Shown piece by piece: positions 38,790 through 39,997 of a DNA stretch of 39,997 bases; position 1 is the first letter of the stretch, and every line of letters starts with the position of its first letter. Source of the stretch: Ignisphaera sp. (GTDB lineage: Archaea > Thermoproteota > Thermoprotei_A > Sulfolobales > Ignisphaeraceae); the NCBI GenBank assembly GCA_038889075.1, contig JAWAHS010000004.1, positions 20,036 through 60,032 of the forward strand, in the 5' to 3' direction. A program made the position numbers and the translations under genes. The notes under the pieces were generated by a model that saw only the letters and a list, made by a program, of their open reading frames with translations, searched no databases and had not been told where the DNA came from.

Positions 38790-39767
38790 GTGGAGGTGGT
38801 AGTTGTTGAGAATCTTGTTAAAAAGTTTAAGGATGTTGTTGCTGTGAACGATGTAAGTTTCGAGATTAGGAGGGGAGAGATATATGCTCTTCTAGGACCT
38901 AATGGAGCTGGTAAGACAACCACTATACACATCATAGCTACAATACTTAGACCAACCAGTGGAAGGATTTTTGTTGCAGGGCATGATGTTGTTAAGGAGG
39001 CTGATAGGGCTAGGAAGTACATAGGTATAGTGTTCCAAGATCCTAGCCTAGACTTCGATCTAACGGCCTACGATAACATGTATATTCACGGAAGGCTATA
39101 TGGATTGAAGGGTCCAGAGCTCGAAAGGAAGATCATGAATCTTCTGGATTTTGTTGAGTTAAAGGAGTTTGCATTTAAACATGTGAGATACTTCAGTGGA
39201 GGTATGAGGAGGAGACTAGAGATAGCTAGAGGTCTTCTTCACGAACCAGAGGTGCTGATTTTAGACGAACCTACCATAGGTCTGGATCCCCAGTCCAGAG
39301 CAAGGATATGGGATTATATAAGGAGATTGAAGAAGGAGAAGGATATGACTATACTGATGACAACCCATTACATGGATGAGGCTGAGGAGCTTGCATACAG
39401 AATAGCGATAATGGACCATGGGAAGATTATAGCTGAAGGTACTGCTGAAGAACTTAAGTCTATACTTGGAAGCGATGTTATATACATACAGGTGGAGAAT
39501 GCAGGTGGTGCAGATATGTGTAGGGTTCTAGAATTTGTTAAGAGCTGTAGACGGATATCACAGGATAGAATAGAGGTAGTGGTAGACAATGCTTCAAAAG
39601 CTCTTCCAGAGATCTTCTCAATAGTAGATAGGCTTGGCATTAAAGTTAAGGAGGTTAGCTACCGTAGACCTACCCTCAATGAAGTATTTCTCCACCTCAC
39701 CGGTAGAGAGCTTAGAGATTCACTTGAAACCACACCCACTCCACCTAGATTTAGAAGATGGAGGTGA
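38790..39767 (+). CDS. ABC exporter ATPase (DrrA-like)
   Basis: GPNGAGKTT, FSGGMRRR, LDEPTIGLDP, TTHYMDEAE, PTLNEVFLHLTG. Confidence 0.94.
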   Translation: MEVVVVENLVKKFKDVVAVNDVSFEIRRGEIYALLGPNGAGKTTTIHIIATILRPTSGRIFVAGHDVVKEADRARKYIGIVFQDPSLDFDLTAYDNMYIHGRLYGLKGPELERKIMNLLDFVELKEFAFKHVRYFSGGMRRRLEIARGLLHEPEVLILDEPTIGLDPQSRARIWDYIRRLKKEKDMTILMTTHYMDEAEELAYRIAIMDHGKIIAEGTAEELKSILGSDVIYIQVENAGGADMCRVLEFVKSCRRISQDRIEVVVDNASKALPEIFSIVDRLGIKVKEVSYRRPTLNEVFLHLTGRELRDSLETTPTPPRFRRWR

Positions 39768-39773
39768 GGAGAT

Positions 39774-39997
39774 GTGATTCTAGATGCATCTCCCTTTGTA
39801 GCCATGGTCTACAGACAGGTAAAGCGTTGGTGGAGCGCTAAATCGAGAGTGGTATCCGTATTTCTAAACCCTCTACTGTGGATGGTGTTCATGGGCCTTG
39901 GAATGAGCACCGTATTCACATTTACACCTAAGGATGTAAACATACCAGATACCAATACCGTACCTAACATAGGTGGTGTTCTAGAGGCTGTGGCTAA
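39774..39997 (+). CDS. ABC-2 type permease (DrrB-like), partial
   Basis: Hand translation from GTG 39774: MILDASPFVAMVYRQVKRWWSAKSRVVSVFLNPLLWMVFMGLG...; runs off the window. Confidence 0.85.
   Translation, partial: MILDASPFVAMVYRQVKRWWSAKSRVVSVFLNPLLWMVFMGLGMSTVFTFTPKDVNIPDTNTVPNIGGVLEAVA

Noticed and set aside
1-39997. CRISPR arrays, tRNA/rRNA genes, integrases, defence systems
   Set aside because: No regularly spaced repeats, cloverleaf/T-loop signatures or relevant protein motifs seen by eye; the HD protein is YhaM-like, with no cas neighbours

Overview
An archaeal chromosomal window, most likely from a Desulfurococcales/Ignisphaera-like crenarchaeote. This is inferred from GGTGA/GGTGG ribosome-binding sites, BRE-TATA promoters, AGA/AGG/ATA-rich codons, TrpB2, Dph6, split GMP synthase and C/D sRNAs. 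Most of it is housekeeping and peptide-fermenter metabolism: a secreted subtilisin, a dppABCDF peptide ABC transporter, MFS/APC transporters, an RsmB-like m5C methylase, TatD, DeoC and PadR plus a drug-type ABC exporter. I saw no tRNA, rRNA or CRISPR. The notable items are: (1) a corrinoid protein + non-pyrrolysine MttB-superfamily methyltransferase + amino-acid permease operon, plus a separate Mtd-type methylene-pterin dehydrogenase, suggesting demethylation of an N-methylated amino acid/quaternary amine; (2) a ~290-bp protein-less, highly structured element with its own TATA box, inverted end motifs and a textbook kink-turn, resembling an orphan TnpB omega-RNA/MITE; (3) two C/D-box sRNAs absent from the ORF track, with guides complementary to conserved 23S rRNA motifs; (4) a ferritin-like/encapsulin fusion with a candidate internal SD+TTG start at the shell domain; (5) two genes that appear to need non-canonical ATA/ATT starts; (6) an Ig-like insert inside the subtilisin precursor; (7) a Trp-codon micro-ORF and palindrome at the trpB2 start. 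All family calls come from motif recognition by eye; no database searches were run.
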